Assembly (NCBI RefSeq): GCF_000143415.4
Contig: NW_003314298.1
Location: 1,472,602-1,536,601 of the forward strand
Direction: 5' to 3'
DNA: 64,000 nucleotides
Source: Selaginella moellendorffii
Taxonomy: Eukaryota; Plantae; Lycopodiophyta
Both the position numbers and the translations under genes were made by a program. Position 1 is the first letter of the stretch, and every line of letters begins with the position of its first letter. Below, piece by piece: positions 21,364-34,422 of the stretch. The notes under the pieces were generated by a model, which saw only the letters and a program-made list of their open reading frames with translations, was not told the origin of the DNA and did no database searches.

Positions 21364-23021
21364 ATGAAGAGCGCATTTATGGTGAGCCAGCACCGATTGA
21401 TCACGCTGTGCGTCGCGATAATCTGCCTCCTCCTCACGGCGCTCTACGGCTCGCTCCCGATCCAGATCACGCTAGGCAGGATCGCCAAGAGCATACGCTC
21501 CGAGTCTAGGCTGGGGATCTCCAGGACGAGCGGCAAGAACGCCAAGCTCAAGGTTTTCATGTACGAGCTCCCCAGGAAGTACAATTTTGGGCTCTTCGAC
21601 AGGGATGGCCCGGCGCAAGAGATCCCGTGGAAGAATCTCAGCAATCTCCCCGGGCCGCACACCCAGGGATTGAAGAAGCAGCACAGCGTCGAGTACTGGA
21701 TGACGCTGGATTTGCTCGACGAGGGGGGGCGAGAATTCCGAGCCGCGCAGCGAGTGAGCGATCCCGGCGAGGCGGATGTGTTCTTCGTGCCATATTTCGC
21801 GTCGCTGAGCTTCAATGTGTTTGGGGTGAGCATGAGGGATCCAGAGACCGAGCACGACAAGAAGTTACAGGTAAGATCTCTCGCGCTTTGGATTTTTCTT
21901 CCCTTCCTTGTCTTGACCGATCTATCTTGACCGATCTACCAAAAGCTTTAGAACTTCTTAGAGTTTTGGAACTTCTCAGTGGTTTTCTTCGCCCAAAGTT
22001 TTTGGGATTTCTCTAGAGCGATTGATCGAGCGATGGTTTGATTCACAGGTGGGGATGATCGAGTATCTCAGCAAATCACCGTGGTACCAGAGGTCTGGGG
22101 GCCGAGATCACGTACTCGTACTCCACCACCCAAACGCGTTCCGGTTCCTCAAAGACCGCCTCAACTCGTCGCTCTTGGTGGTGGCGGACTTTGGGCGATT
22201 TCCCAAGGGTGTCGCGGCGCTTCACAAGGACGTGGTGGCGCCTTACAGCCATATGGTCCCGACTTACAATGGCGATGATGGGAGCGATCCATTCGAGGAG
22301 AGAACAACGCTGCTCTTCTTCCAAGGACGAGTCAAGCGCAAGGATGTGAGTGAATTTCTTCCTTTTGTCGCAGCGCCCGCTTAGAATATGATTCTTTCCT
22401 CCTTTTGGTCAGGATGGTGTCGTGAGGACTCAGCTGGCGGCCATTCTGGAGAACCAGCCGCGCGTCCACTTCGAGGAAGGAATCGCCACGAACTTCACTG
22501 TAGAACAAGTAAGAAGAAAATCTCGTGAGATTTCATTCAATAAGCTGGAAGGAAGGAGGAACTCTTACTTTGCTTTGCTTTTGTTTGCGCAGGCCATGCA
22601 AGGCATGCGGAGCTCCAGGTTTTGTTTGCACCCAGCCGGCGACACGCCTTCCTCGTGCAGGCTCTTTGATGCGATTGTAAGTCACTGCGTCCCTGTGATC
22701 GTCAGCGACAAAATAGAGTTACCATTCGAGGACGAGCTCGACTACTCCGAGTTTAGCCTCTTCTTCTCGGTGGACGAGGCGGTCAGGCCGGGATTCCTCC
22801 TCGGGGCCCTGGAAAAGTTCTCGAAGAGAAGGTGGATGAAAATGTGGAGGCGGCTCAAGCAAGTCACCAGGCACTTTGAGTATCAACACCCCTCTCAAAG
22901 GGACGATGCTGTCAACATGCTGTGGAGCCAGATCCACAAGAAAGTTCCGGCGATGAAGCTAGCAATGCACAGAGCCAAACGACTTAAGATCCAAGACTGG
23001 TGGAAGTGTAAAAGGTTATAA
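21364..23021 (+). CDS. Exostosin-family GT47 glycosyltransferase (ARAD1-like), 4 exons
   Basis: Type II TM anchor, [69 protein letters not shown]. Confidence 0.93.
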
Positions 23022-23073
23022 TACCAACCAGAGAAACTTACACAGAACGTCGTAAGGACAGGAACTACAGATT

Positions 23074-24242
23074 CTACAAGCTCATGGCTGAAAGCTTGGA
23101 AGTCACGTCCATGCTTCCTGGATCCGAGACAGGGCTCTCCCCGAGTGAAGGGGAACAAAGAACGAGGCCTGCAAAGGAAGAACTTGTATCAAACCGAGCG
23201 AGCTATAAGCGTACCTGAAGTTCGAAAGGGACTGAGTGGAGGAAGGGCGATTGGAGAGTGGATCTCTCGATCGCTGGAGCTTTCCGGGGGCCGCAGAAGC
23301 TTGCACGTCTTCGGAGGAGAGAGAGTTGTGGACGAAGACCTGGACGCATTGGAGAAGAGTCGGGGATACTTGTTGAGAATGTCCGCCGGCTGGGGCGTTG
23401 CGAGCTCCACCGACGATGGACTCTGGGCCGATCGAAGAAGAAACGATGGCGTCGATAGGCAGGACGAGGAGCTGCTCACACTTGGTCGACGAAGACGGAC
23501 TGATCGGGGTGGCGAAGGCATGGCCGGAGTGATTGTCTCGGGGGTGTTCGCGAACGAGACTCGCTTGGTGCTGTTGGAAGTGGATGGCGTCGCTGCTTGA
23601 GATCCAAAACGGACCTTCTTCAAGTTGGAAGAGCTCGGGTTTCGCTTGCTCGCGGACGAGAGCTCGGGGGTGAAGTGCAAAACTTTCCTGGAATCATCTC
23701 GAGCTCCGGGAACCAGCGGCGAATCGCTCAGGCCGAGCATTTTCTCGACGGTGGGAACGATGGGAATGAGATCGTCGTTGGTCACGTCTTCTCGGCCGAG
23801 TCTACTCTCCACGGTTCTCTCTGGACGCTTTGCCACCTCCAAGAAAAATCGGTGCCAGTCCTACATTTAAAGAGAAACCTTGTGAAATTTTCTTCTTTTT
23901 CTTGGGGAATTTGCGTACCTGGAGCGTGTCCTCGACGCTAGACATCGCTCGCGTGAAATTATCGATCTCCTCCACGGACAGCTTCTCGGAGAGCTTCTTC
24001 TTGTGGATTCCAGTAACCAGCGAGTCGATCTGCCAGAAATTTCGAGCTCCAAGACTGAATGGAATGGGGGAATTCTTGCTTACCCTCTCGATCAGCCGAG
24101 CCACGGAGCTGTGGACGACATGGAGCCGCCTCAAAGGGCTGGACGATTTCTTGCCTCCCGGATCCGGCTGCTTGTTGGTGATGACATCGAGAGGATTGCG
24201 CTTCTTTGGATGTGGAGTCCCCTTGTACTGCGACCGCTTCAT
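23074..24242 (-). CDS. Uncharacterized plant protein with an N-terminal helical region and a Ser/Pro-rich tail; 3' end uncertain (stop at 23189, or 23074 if a last intron is spliced)
   Basis: Spliced frames MKRSQ...RNPLDVITN...LRRLHVVHSSVARLIER|IDSLVTG...DTLQ|DWHRFFLEV...KYPRLF...LSPPKTCKLLRPP with canonical GT-AG sites. Confidence 0.6.
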
Positions 24243-24545
24243 AGCTCGCCCCTTCGCCGCGAAATCTCTGCGCGTGGCGCCCAAGAGCCCTAGAAAAATG
24301 CTAGAGAGGTCGGACACGGACCGTCGATCTTAGCGGGCCATTGCAACGTCTACTTTCAGTGGTTTAAAAGTAGCGCCGTACGCTCCGGCCGTACTGTGGC
24401 GCCGATCTAACGGACAAGGAAGCTCCGGCGGGAATCTCGTTGGGTTCGTTGAATCTAGGGTTTGGGCGATGGAGGGATTAGGGCTCGGGGATCGTGTCTC
24501 GCGCAATCCCGATCGGCCGCGCTGATGCCGCTGGAGGCGCGCTAA

Positions 24546-27500
24546 ATGGAGCAGCGGCGCGGATCCGTGATCGATATGGCGCGCTCCGTCTCGGCGTCGT
24601 GGACGGGAATGCCGCCCCTGTTTCTGCTGCGATCGGAGGATATGTCGCTCGTCCGGATGGTGATTCCAGTAGAATCGGCGCACGACACTGTTGCCTACCT
24701 CGGGCAGCTCGGCATGCTCCAATTCCGCGATGTGAGTGAACAGATTTCGTTTTCCTCGATCTAGTATTCGATCTTTTCTTCTTCGCAGTTAAATCCTGGA
24801 AAAAGTCCCACTCAACGGATCTACGCAAACCAGGTACTATAGATTTTTTTCTGTGTGTAGCAAGGAGAGATTTTGGAGCTCATTGAAAGCTCTCCAGGTA
24901 AAACGATGCGGTGAAATGGGTCGGCAGCTCAGATATTTCAAGAGTCAAATAGAGAGCGCAGGCATTCTAATAGCGGCAAGGTCAACGATCGAGAATGACG
25001 TCGATCTGGATGAATTGGAGGTAAGCTTTCCAGCTGCATTTTCTACGACTTTTATCATTCTTGCTGTTTTCATGCAGGTGAAACTTTCAGAGTATGAAAC
25101 TGAGCTCAAGGAAATAGCATCAAACAGCGCGAGGCTATTTCGGAGTCATGCGGAGCTGACAGAGTTTCAACTGGTTTTGTTGAAGGTAGTAACTTTGCTG
25201 GCACTTTGGAAACAGTTCGTTTCTTATGCTTGTTTCATTTCACAAGGCTGGTAGATTTTTTACCTCCGGACGTGCAGAGGCAGCATTTGCACAACGGGAG
25301 TACGACGATTTCGAGGGGTCTATGGATAGTCCCCTCCTCCTTATAGAGCAAGAGATGCAAACCGATCCGACCAAAGGGCAGCTTGGATACGTAACTGGAT
25401 TGATACCCAAACTTAAGACTATACAGTTCGAACGCATTTTGTTCCGAGCAACCAGAGGCAACATGGTCTTCAAGTCGTCAGTCGTCGAAAGGCCTGTCAC
25501 CGATCCTGCAACCGGTGAGAAGGTAACGGAAAACTTTTTTCTACTCGGTGTTAAAGATAGTATTCATCTACAGGTTGAAAAGTCTGTGTTCGTCGTGTTC
25601 TTTTCTGGAGAAAGAACACAGGCTAAGATCGTTAAAATCTGCGATGCATTTGGTGCTAGCCGCTATCCTTATCCCGAGGAGCCAAGTTTACAGAGACAAA
25701 TGAGATCGGAGGTGTATCCTTTTCCAGTTTTTGGTGTTTGTGAATGTAACGAGGGAGTGTCTTACAGGTCACAGGAAGATTGTCTGAGCTGAAGTCCACA
25801 TTGGATGCGGGTACCAGTCATCGCGATACAGTTTTAGCAGGGATTAGCTACCAACTAGACTTTTGGATTTTGATGGTGAGGTTCGTCCATCTCAATTTGC
25901 TTCTCTAATTTGTTTTCTGTGGTAGGTTCAAAGAGAGAAGGCTGTGTATCATATCATGAATAAGTTTAACATGGACGTTACTAGAAAGTGTTTAGTAGCT
26001 GAAGCATGGTGTCCAACCGAGAATAAAACTCAGGTATGTTGAACTTGTGGGCTTTATAAGCTGACTTTATATGTGAAAAGCAGGTTCAAGAAGCATTAAT
26101 GCGCGCAACAGTCGACAGCAACTCACAAGTCGGCACCATTTTTCAGGAGATTAGAACAAAGGATTTACCGCCAACATTCTTCAAGACTAACAAAATTACA
26201 GGGGCTTTCCAAGGAATCGTCGATGCTTATGGGTAACAGCAAGCTCTTTCTGGCTTTCACGTTTCGTTCTTACTGTGTTAACTGTCAGTGTAGGGTGGCG
26301 AGATACAAGGAAGCAAATCCTGCTGTGTATACAATAGTTACTTTTCCGTTTCTTTTCGCTGTGATGTTTGGGGATTGGGGGCACGGGATTGTTCTTCTCT
26401 TGGCAACGCTTTACCTCATTCTGAATGAAGGGAAACTTGGCAGCCAGGTACCTTGACGCTTTGTTTTCATTTACTAGTAAAGCTGGGAGAACTTTGAAAG
26501 TTTTCACTGCTAGTAAAATTTATCATTCGCATTGATCCCTTCCAGCATGGTGCATACAGAAATTGGGCGACATAATGGGAATGGCGTTTGGAGGCAGATA
26601 TGTGATCTTGCTGATGTCGATCTTCTCGATATATACGGGGTTTATCTACAACGAGTTTTTCTCGGTGCCGTTTCGAATATTTGGAGAGTCTGCGTACGTT
26701 TGCAGGGATCCTTCTTGCAAGTAAGTCTCTATTTGCATTTGGTAAAGGTTTTGTGTTTTTGGATTAACTGAATTGTTGCGTAGGGACTCACGTACAGCGG
26801 GTTTGATAAAAGGACCTGGCTATACATATCCGTTTGGATTCGATCCCGTATGGCATGGCTCTAGATCGGAACTACCATTTTTGAACTCCGTGAAGATGAA
26901 GATGTCCATTCTTCTCGGTGTTGTGCATATGAACTTGGGTCTGGCTTTGAGCTATTACAACGCCAGCTACTTTAACGAGCCACTTGATATCTGGTAAGTG
27001 TGCCATTCATTTCCATACTGCATTACCGAAACGATCAAGTAACTCAACCTTTCCAGGTATCAGTTTGTTCCGCAGATCCTGTTCCTTGGCTCCTTATTTG
27101 GATACCTGTCGCTGCTTATTATAATCAAGTGGTGCTCTGGTTCCCAAGCGGACTTGTACCACGTGATGATTTATATGTTCTTAAGCCCAACGGATGATCT
27201 TGGGCCAAACCAGCTTTTTTCTGGACAAACGGAGGTTCAGGTAAGGTTCTTTTTTATTATTTTTCGAGTTTAACATCTCTTTTTATCCAAGTGCTTTCTG
27301 CTATTAATTGCTGTCGTGGCGGTTCCAACAATGCTTTTGCCGAAGCCATTGGCTTTGAAAAAACGACATGAAGAGGTAATGCACTCTTTCTTGAGTGATG
27401 ACTTTACAATATGGTTTTACAGAGAACGCACGGGCGTTCTTATGGCATATTGAATGCTGGCTCGGATGGTGAATCCGTTGACAACGAGCACGACCACCAC

Positions 27501-28005
27501 CACGGCGAGGAAGAATTCGACTTTGGTGAGACCTTCGTCCACCAAATGATAGAAACCATTGAGTTCGTGCTAGGTGCTGTGTCGAACACAGCTTCCTATC
27601 TCCGGCTGTGGGCTCTCAGGTAAACCAACTTTGTTTTCGTTTGTTTCGTGCTCCTGACGTGTTTAGCTTTCCACAGCCTCGCTCATGCCCAACTCTCGGC
27701 CGTGTTTTACGATAAAGTCTTGATCCTGGCATGGAGGTATGTGGTCTTTCTCTACTTTTTTTGCTTTTATGAAGCGAACTCTTTTGAATTGATGCAGTTA
27801 CCACAACACCATGATTCTCATCATCGGTGGCTTCGTCTTCATCTGTGCAACCGTGGGGGTGTTGCTAATCATGGAGACGCTCAGCGCATTCCTCCATGCG
27901 CTTCGCCTTCACTGGGTAGAGTTCCAAGGCAAGTTTTACGGGGGCGATGGCTACCAGTTTGAGCCATTTTCATTTGCAACACTCGAAGAAGACGATCAAG
28001 GTTGA
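24546..28005 (+). CDS. VHA-a: V-type H+-ATPase subunit a, multi-exon (start may be 24576)
   Basis: RSEDMSLV...QFRD|[84 protein letters not shown]. Confidence 0.96.
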
Positions 28006-28087
28006 AATCAAACATACCAAACGTTTTTGTAGCTAAATTGTTAGATATAGATGGCTATATACATTGTGTAAATGCGAACTCTTTCTT

Positions 28088-28807
28088 CTAAGACTGGTTG
28101 AGGAACACTGCTGTGTCAAAATCGCTGTCCATTTGCATGTTGTTAGTATCGTTTTGTTGCGCAACAAAGCCTCCATTGCTATACAAACTTCCACCTCCAT
28201 TTCCATCTCCATGTACACGGTGGCTATACAAACCATGGAAGATTTGCTGGTGGTCATTCCTGGGAGGAAACATCGAATCTAGCTGATCATTCGGGTGATC
28301 GCCCAAGTGACCATGATCATTGTGGTGATTCCCTGCGTGACCATTTACATAATTGCCTAAGTGACCATTCGCGTGATCGCCCAGGTTTAAGAGCTGGAAG
28401 TGATCCGGAAGAACTTCAGCACTGGACGTGAAAAATCCACCACTACTTGCATCGTCCGTGAAGAACATCCCATCTTGATCTTGGCCTTCAGCTTCTGCAA
28501 ACATCCTGTCAACTTCATCGTCACCAAAGCTATCCTCGCTGCTGCTGCTGTTCGAGGCAATCACTGACTCCACCGTGATCTTTGGTGGGAGTTTTTGTGG
28601 AGCGCTGGGATCGGATGAGTAGAAGAAGTGCTTCTTGCCGGAGTCATAGATGACCGTGACTTCCACTTTAGCGCCACACAAGACCTGAAGCTCGATTGCC
28701 TTCTTGAACAAACCTTCGGTTCTCTTGCGGAATGTTTGTGTCCGCGGGTTGTTCTTCACAAGATACTTGATATCAATCTTTCTCCTGCCCATCCCTCTTC
28801 TCTGCAT
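28088..28807 (-). CDS. Type I MADS-box transcription factor, intronless
   Basis: MGRRKIDIKYL...RTQTFRKRTEGLFKKAIELQVLCGAKV; no K domain; His/Gly/Asn repeats in the tail. Confidence 0.88.
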   Translation of the reverse strand: MQRRGMGRRKIDIKYLVKNNPRTQTFRKRTEGLFKKAIELQVLCGAKVEVTVIYDSGKKHFFYSSDPSAPQKLPPKITVESVIASNSSSSEDSFGDDEVDRMFAEAEGQDQDGMFFTDDASSGGFFTSSAEVLPDHFQLLNLGDHANGHLGNYVNGHAGNHHNDHGHLGDHPNDQLDSMFPPRNDHQQIFHGLYSHRVHGDGNGGGSLYSNGGFVAQQNDTNNMQMDSDFDTAVFLNQS

Positions 28808-29292
28808 TTACCAACTTTTCTTTTCTTTTTAAAAACCTTATAAGAATAAGCCGGATATGTCTCTTTTGTTATGTATGGTTAATTATTTTATTTGATTTTA
28901 TACTGCGTTACAAAATCATTAGTTATATTTTTGCCATTCAATATAGCCTAGGATTTTCATAGCTTTTGGTCTTCCTCGATGGGATTTAGTTGTTTGGTTC
29001 CGCAACTGCCATCTCTTTCTCCCATGCTAGACAACACTTTGCATTGCTTGGCAAACAAACTTTTGTTGTTCCACACAAAGGCATTCATTCATTTCCCTCC
29101 CAACAATTTCAAACACTTTTTAACTCTCTTTTCAAAGTTTTTAAATCCATTTTTTTCTTGATATCTTCGTCCACCATAGCCATCTCAGTTGCGACGTAGA
29201 ACTTAGTCTGGGAAGTCGACCAATTAACATTATTATGATTTAAAGTAAATGTTAACTTTATTTCGGGTTGGTTAGGGTTCTTAGCTACAGCA

Positions 29293-30675
29293 ATGGGGGA
29301 TTACGAGGAGAAGGCCCAGGAATACGAGAAGAAGGCCGAGAAGAAGCTCAAAGGCTGGAATCTCTTGGGTGGCAAGTATGACGACGCTGCCGAGTATCTG
29401 GAGAAGGCCGCCAATAACTACAAGCTTGCCAAATCATGTAAGAATTTTTTTTGTTCTTCTTGTCACTGTGATTCCTCGATCAGGGGATAGAGGAGCCGAA
29501 TGCTACCTCAGGCTTGCAGAAGTTAGCATGAAGGTAGAATAAAGTTTAAGTTCGTTCCAGGGAGCTGCGATAAAAGATAAGTTTTTTTTTTAACTAGATG
29601 GAGAGCAAGCCCGAAGCAGCACAAGCTTATGTGGAAGCTGCGAAATGCTACATGAAGAAAAGACCAAAAGGTAACCTCAGAAAAAAAAGAGGAAGAAGAG
29701 CATGTTTTTTTTTTTCTTGAGAGCTTCTTGCGTTAACTTAGAGGCCGTGAAGATGCTCAATATGGCAACCAAGCTTTTCATGGAGCTTGGAAGATTGTCC
29801 GTGGCGGCCAAGCATTTCAAGGTTAATCGCTGACATTCTTCTCATGAGAACGTAAGGAAAGAGCTCGGGTTTGATCTTCGCTATTGACACTGGCCTTGTA
29901 AAAACTTCGAAAACCAGGACATTGCGGAGATATATGAGAAGCAGGACGATTTGGAGTTTGCAGTTCAGTTTTACGAGAGAGCAGCGGATTTATACCAGGG
30001 CGAGGAGGTGAACACCACAAGCAACCAATGCAAATTGAAAATTGCAGAGCTCTCAGCTCAACTGGAGCAGTAAGAACTTCACAAAATTTCTTTTATCTTT
30101 TCTTTGCTTGCTCTAACTATGTCTCTTTCAGATATCCAAGAGCTATCGAAATCTTTGAGGCCATTGCCAAAAGCTCCATGGATAACAATTTGACAAAGTA
30201 CAGCGTCAAAGGCTACTTGCTCAATGCGGGGCTGTGTCAAATGTGTGGTGCCGACCCGATTGCCGTGAGCAATGCTCTCGAGAGATACCAGGTATGTTCA
30301 TTTAATCCTTCTCTCATTTCGCCATGGAACACAACGTTCCTTCGATATCCAGGACTTGGATCCAACGTTTCAAGACACACGGGAGTGCAAGTTCCTCAAG
30401 GTTTGTGAAGATTCAACGGGATGAAATGAATCCTCCATAGCTTTTTTTTTGTTGGATTATTTGCAGGAGCTGGCAGAGACGATCGAGCAAGAAGATGCAA
30501 CCAAGTTCACGGACGCTGTCAAGGAGTATGACAGTATTAGCCGGCTGGTAAGAGCGCTCTCTCTCTCTCTCTCTTATTTTGTGCCATATCATAGGATCCA
30601 TGGAAAACAACGATGCTCTTACGTGCAAAGAAAGCGTTGAAAGCAAAAGAGGAAGAGGAAGAAGAGTTAACATAG
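29293..30675 (+). CDS. Alpha-soluble NSF attachment protein (alpha-SNAP), multi-exon
   Basis: KAEKKLKGW...KYDDAA...[53 protein letters not shown]; ends EEEELT*. Confidence 0.94.
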
Positions 30676-31907
30676 AACTACTTTCCTTGTGGTTCTTGCC
30701 CTTCCTGGGGCGTTGCGAGAAATTTTATAAACAGTCAATGAAATGAACGTTTTAGCCCCCCAAAGCCACATCTGCACATTCAGCAAGATATTGCTTATTC
30801 AGCAGCTATCACTCACCAACCTGCGCCTTCATTTTGCAGCTTCGCATTGTCAATAGTACCAGAACAGTAGAAGAAGTTCTTTTCTCCTGTGATGATGTTA
30901 ACAAGTTGCAATTTGAATACTGTACAACTGGCGGTCCATATGGACAACACAACAAATGTTTAATGGTCAGCATCGCAACTAGTGGAAGAACGGAATTGGA
31001 CCTATTCCTCACTCTCATTTAAAGTGGCTGCCACATTGATTGTAGCATGATGGTTGCGGGCCAGGTTCCACAAAGGTTCTCCCCAGAATGCCTGGAGCTA
31101 TGTACAGGGAGTTTGAGATGCACGACAAGAACAAAGACGGCCTCATATCTCTTCTTCGCCAAGGCTCTCGGTAAGTGCTTGCTGTCTTTGCTACTTTCAC
31201 TGGCTAAAGTCGGGCTGAATTCGTCGACATCTCAACCACACGGAGTTTAACGAGTATGAGTGCGTCGCGAGCAGACCAGGTTCCCCAGTTGAGCTGCTTC
31301 TTCTTACTTCGTTTTGTGCTTAATTCTCAGCTTCCTTCACGTCCCTGGCCTACCAACAGATTGTACACTCCATCTTGTTTGGTTCTTTGCAGCCATGTGG
31401 AAGCTTCATCCAAGAGAAAGCTCTTACGCACGGTACAGCCTTCTCAGCTAGAATATTCTCGTCAAAATCATGTCGAGTCAACTCCTTTTATCTTTTTTTG
31501 TCTTCCATTTAAGGTGGGGTTCCTCACTGATGAATTGTGGTGTGAGACCAGGTCTTGTAGCATCGTATTAATCTGAGATCAAATCTTTAATAAAACCTGG
31601 TCTTACCTTGTGACAACCATCGCTCCAATGTTCTTCCTAACAACATTGAGTCTTGTAGCATTGGTTCTTTTTTCAAAGAAACATGTTAATACAGATTAGA
31701 CTACAGCATCTCAATATATCTGCCGTGGGATGTGTGTTATTTGCTGCAAACATTGCACCACTGTTCTGAAACTGATAAACCAACTTGTTAACTGGCTTGG
31801 TCTGTTTTGGGCTGGTCACAACTGGATGAAGTACTTTCATTTGATTTGATTTAAACATTAATACCAAAAACCAGTTTTGCAAAACCACTATATAAAATCA
31901 ATAAAAC

Positions 31908-33860
31908 TGTGTTGTGGCGAGTGGTCCAGATTGAAACCAATCTAACAACTACCAAAATCCCACTACACTAATATTAGTATATAACATCGTACACTTGGAC
32001 TTTACATCATCCCCTCATCTCAGAATAATGGAAGGCCATCAAAGTTGCTTCATAAATGGGCTAGGATCTGGAGGAACATCAAGAGGAGGTATTGGTGAAT
32101 CTATAGGTGGTATTAGTTATTATTGATCCCTTTGTATGAAGTATTTTAATTGTTGTACATGCATAATTTTTAGAGGATCGGCCTATTAGACATCATGCCA
32201 AACCTCATAAATTTGCAATCTAATTTGCCAAAACACTCAATACAGTCCTTTCCATTGAGCAAGAAGCCTCTTAGATAAACCACGTACTATAAAATAGGGA
32301 AAATGAATTAACACCAAATCATTCATTTTATACTTTATATGTGGATGATGATGGGAGTTGTAATGTTGTTGTTGTCCCACTTTATGCAGTCTAGGTGTTC
32401 GGAAGACTCTGCTCAGGCAAGTGGAAGAATGCTCATCAAATACTAATCCCACGATCTAGCATTGGCAACTCGTAGCAATTGCGAAAGTAAACTTAACTCC
32501 ATTGGTAATATTGGATCACGACCATATAAGAGTTTATACAGTGAAGCACCAATAGAACTTTGCACCCCTATGACATATATCCCAATCAGAATGCTAAAAG
32601 TTCACATATTTTGCGATCATCTCTTTGAATGTCCGAATGAGCCATTCCACCAAACCGTCTGACTGTGAATGATAAGCACTCGTGAAAGTGTGGTATATCC
32701 CCAACTGAGATGTCAAAACATGAAATGCCTCAGCCATAAATGTGAGACAATTATCTGAAAGAATCTGCTTTGGACAAGAATGCTAGAACACCACTTGATT
32801 GAGGAGGAAGTATCCAATAATAGTTGCAAAGGCGCTAACAAGAGCATCAACTTCCACCCAGTGAATTAAGTAGTCAGAAGTAATAATAACATACTCATTG
32901 CTAATAGTTGATCGTGGAAAAGGTCTCATAAGATCAAATGCTACCAACTCAAATAGACGGGAAATTGCAATTGACTCCAACCATCCTTCCATAGCCCTAG
33001 GGGGAGTATTACGAGTTTGGCACTAAACATAGTTATGTACATACCGAATAACATCATATCGCATCTTTAGTCAATAGAAAGACTTACGCAACTTCTCAGT
33101 CACACAATAATGTTTCATATACCCACTTAAAATAGGAGAATCATGGTAGGTATGGAGAAACTATGGAATAAAGATTGAAAACACCATTAACCATAAATGA
33201 TCATCAGGATCCATCCCCGCAAAATAAAGAAGGTTGTCTTCAAGGTGATATTGAGAATGTAAATGCTAAAATGGCAAGTCATCAGTAAGTGATGTAGAAT
33301 TCTCAAACCCATCTTTAAGCTTTCGAAACCATGGCTCAATCTTTTGAGCCTCATTAACCTCATTAAGAGAAGATAAATTTTGCTCTGTACCTTGTGGACA
33401 CTGAATGTCAAGTACAACAACCACTAATAACATAAAATCCTTGTTTAGAAATTCTATAAATACTAGAACAATAGGCTCGTCAAAAATATGAGAAGAGAGT
33501 GAAGAAGGAAAAAGAGCTCGAGAAAGGGCATCAAAATTAGCTATAAAACTCCCTAGGCAATGAATAATATCAAAATTATATATTTGAAGCTTCAAAAACC
33601 ACCAGTAGTATGACCAATTAAGTTCTTTTGCTTTAATAATGAAGTAATGGCAGCATGATCACCTTCCAGTAACGTTCGAGAACTATGTAAATATGTATGA
33701 AGTTTTTTGAAACCCCAGACTGCTGCTAAACACTCCTCTTTTGTCGTGGAGTAGTTCGCTTTCGTTAGTTGTAATGTACAACTTATATATACAATGGGAT
33801 AGCATTGAATAAACACACTCAAGCTCTTTTGCATCAACACACCTTTGGTGTGTGCCATTT
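31908..33860 (-). mobile_element. Decayed Ty3/gypsy retrotransposon fragment (RNase H, integrase, putative PPT and LTR remnant)
   Basis: PIVYIS..L...ANYSTTKEECLAAVWGFKK (RNase H), KLQIYNFDIIH...DALSR, FELVAFDLMRPFPRS...YVIITSDYL..WVEV (integrase); many stops. Purine run at 32020-32007 followed by TG. Confidence 0.85.
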
Positions 33861-34322
33861 GTCATTTGTGTTAGCATTGTTTTTAAATGAGGGGGTAGTT
33901 ATCTTTAGCCTCTAAGTGTTTAAAGTGTGTGTTCCCTCTCTTGCATGTGGTGCTCTTTGTAGTGTCATTCATTTTGTGAGAGTTAAGGTCTCCCTAAGCA
34001 TAAAGTCTTAGTCCTAATTTAGTCATATTGAGAGGTTTTTCTTAGACTTTTTTCTTGCAAAAGTTGTCAACAAGACTATTTAACATGTGGCTTAGTTTCA
34101 TGGTGCTATTGGATTTGTTACTCCCCTTGACTGTCAAATGTCTTTTTCTATCATGCTTCTCCTTTTTGTTTTCCATACTTTGTGTTGGAGCTGAAGCACC
34201 ATATTCTACTCATGTTGGAGGTAGTAAGCTTCCATCCTTATTGGGTTACTCTAGAGCTATAGTTGAGTGGTTATAAAGTATGCTTACTAAAGGGCTTATG
34301 TGGTGTAAAATGCTAAAGAGTC

Positions 34323-34422
34323 NNNNNNNNNNNNNNNNNNNNNNNNNNNNNNNNNNNNNNNNNNNNNNNNNNNNNNNNNNNNNNNNNNNNNNNNNNNNNN
34401 NNNNNNNNNNNNNNNNNNNNNN
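34323..34422. other. Assembly gap (100 N)
   Basis: Run of 100 N. Confidence 1.

Noticed and set aside
30750-31500. Possible F-box pseudogene paralogous to 48961-50025
   Set aside because: Only weak similarity (LILVKLRV); not supportable by eye.
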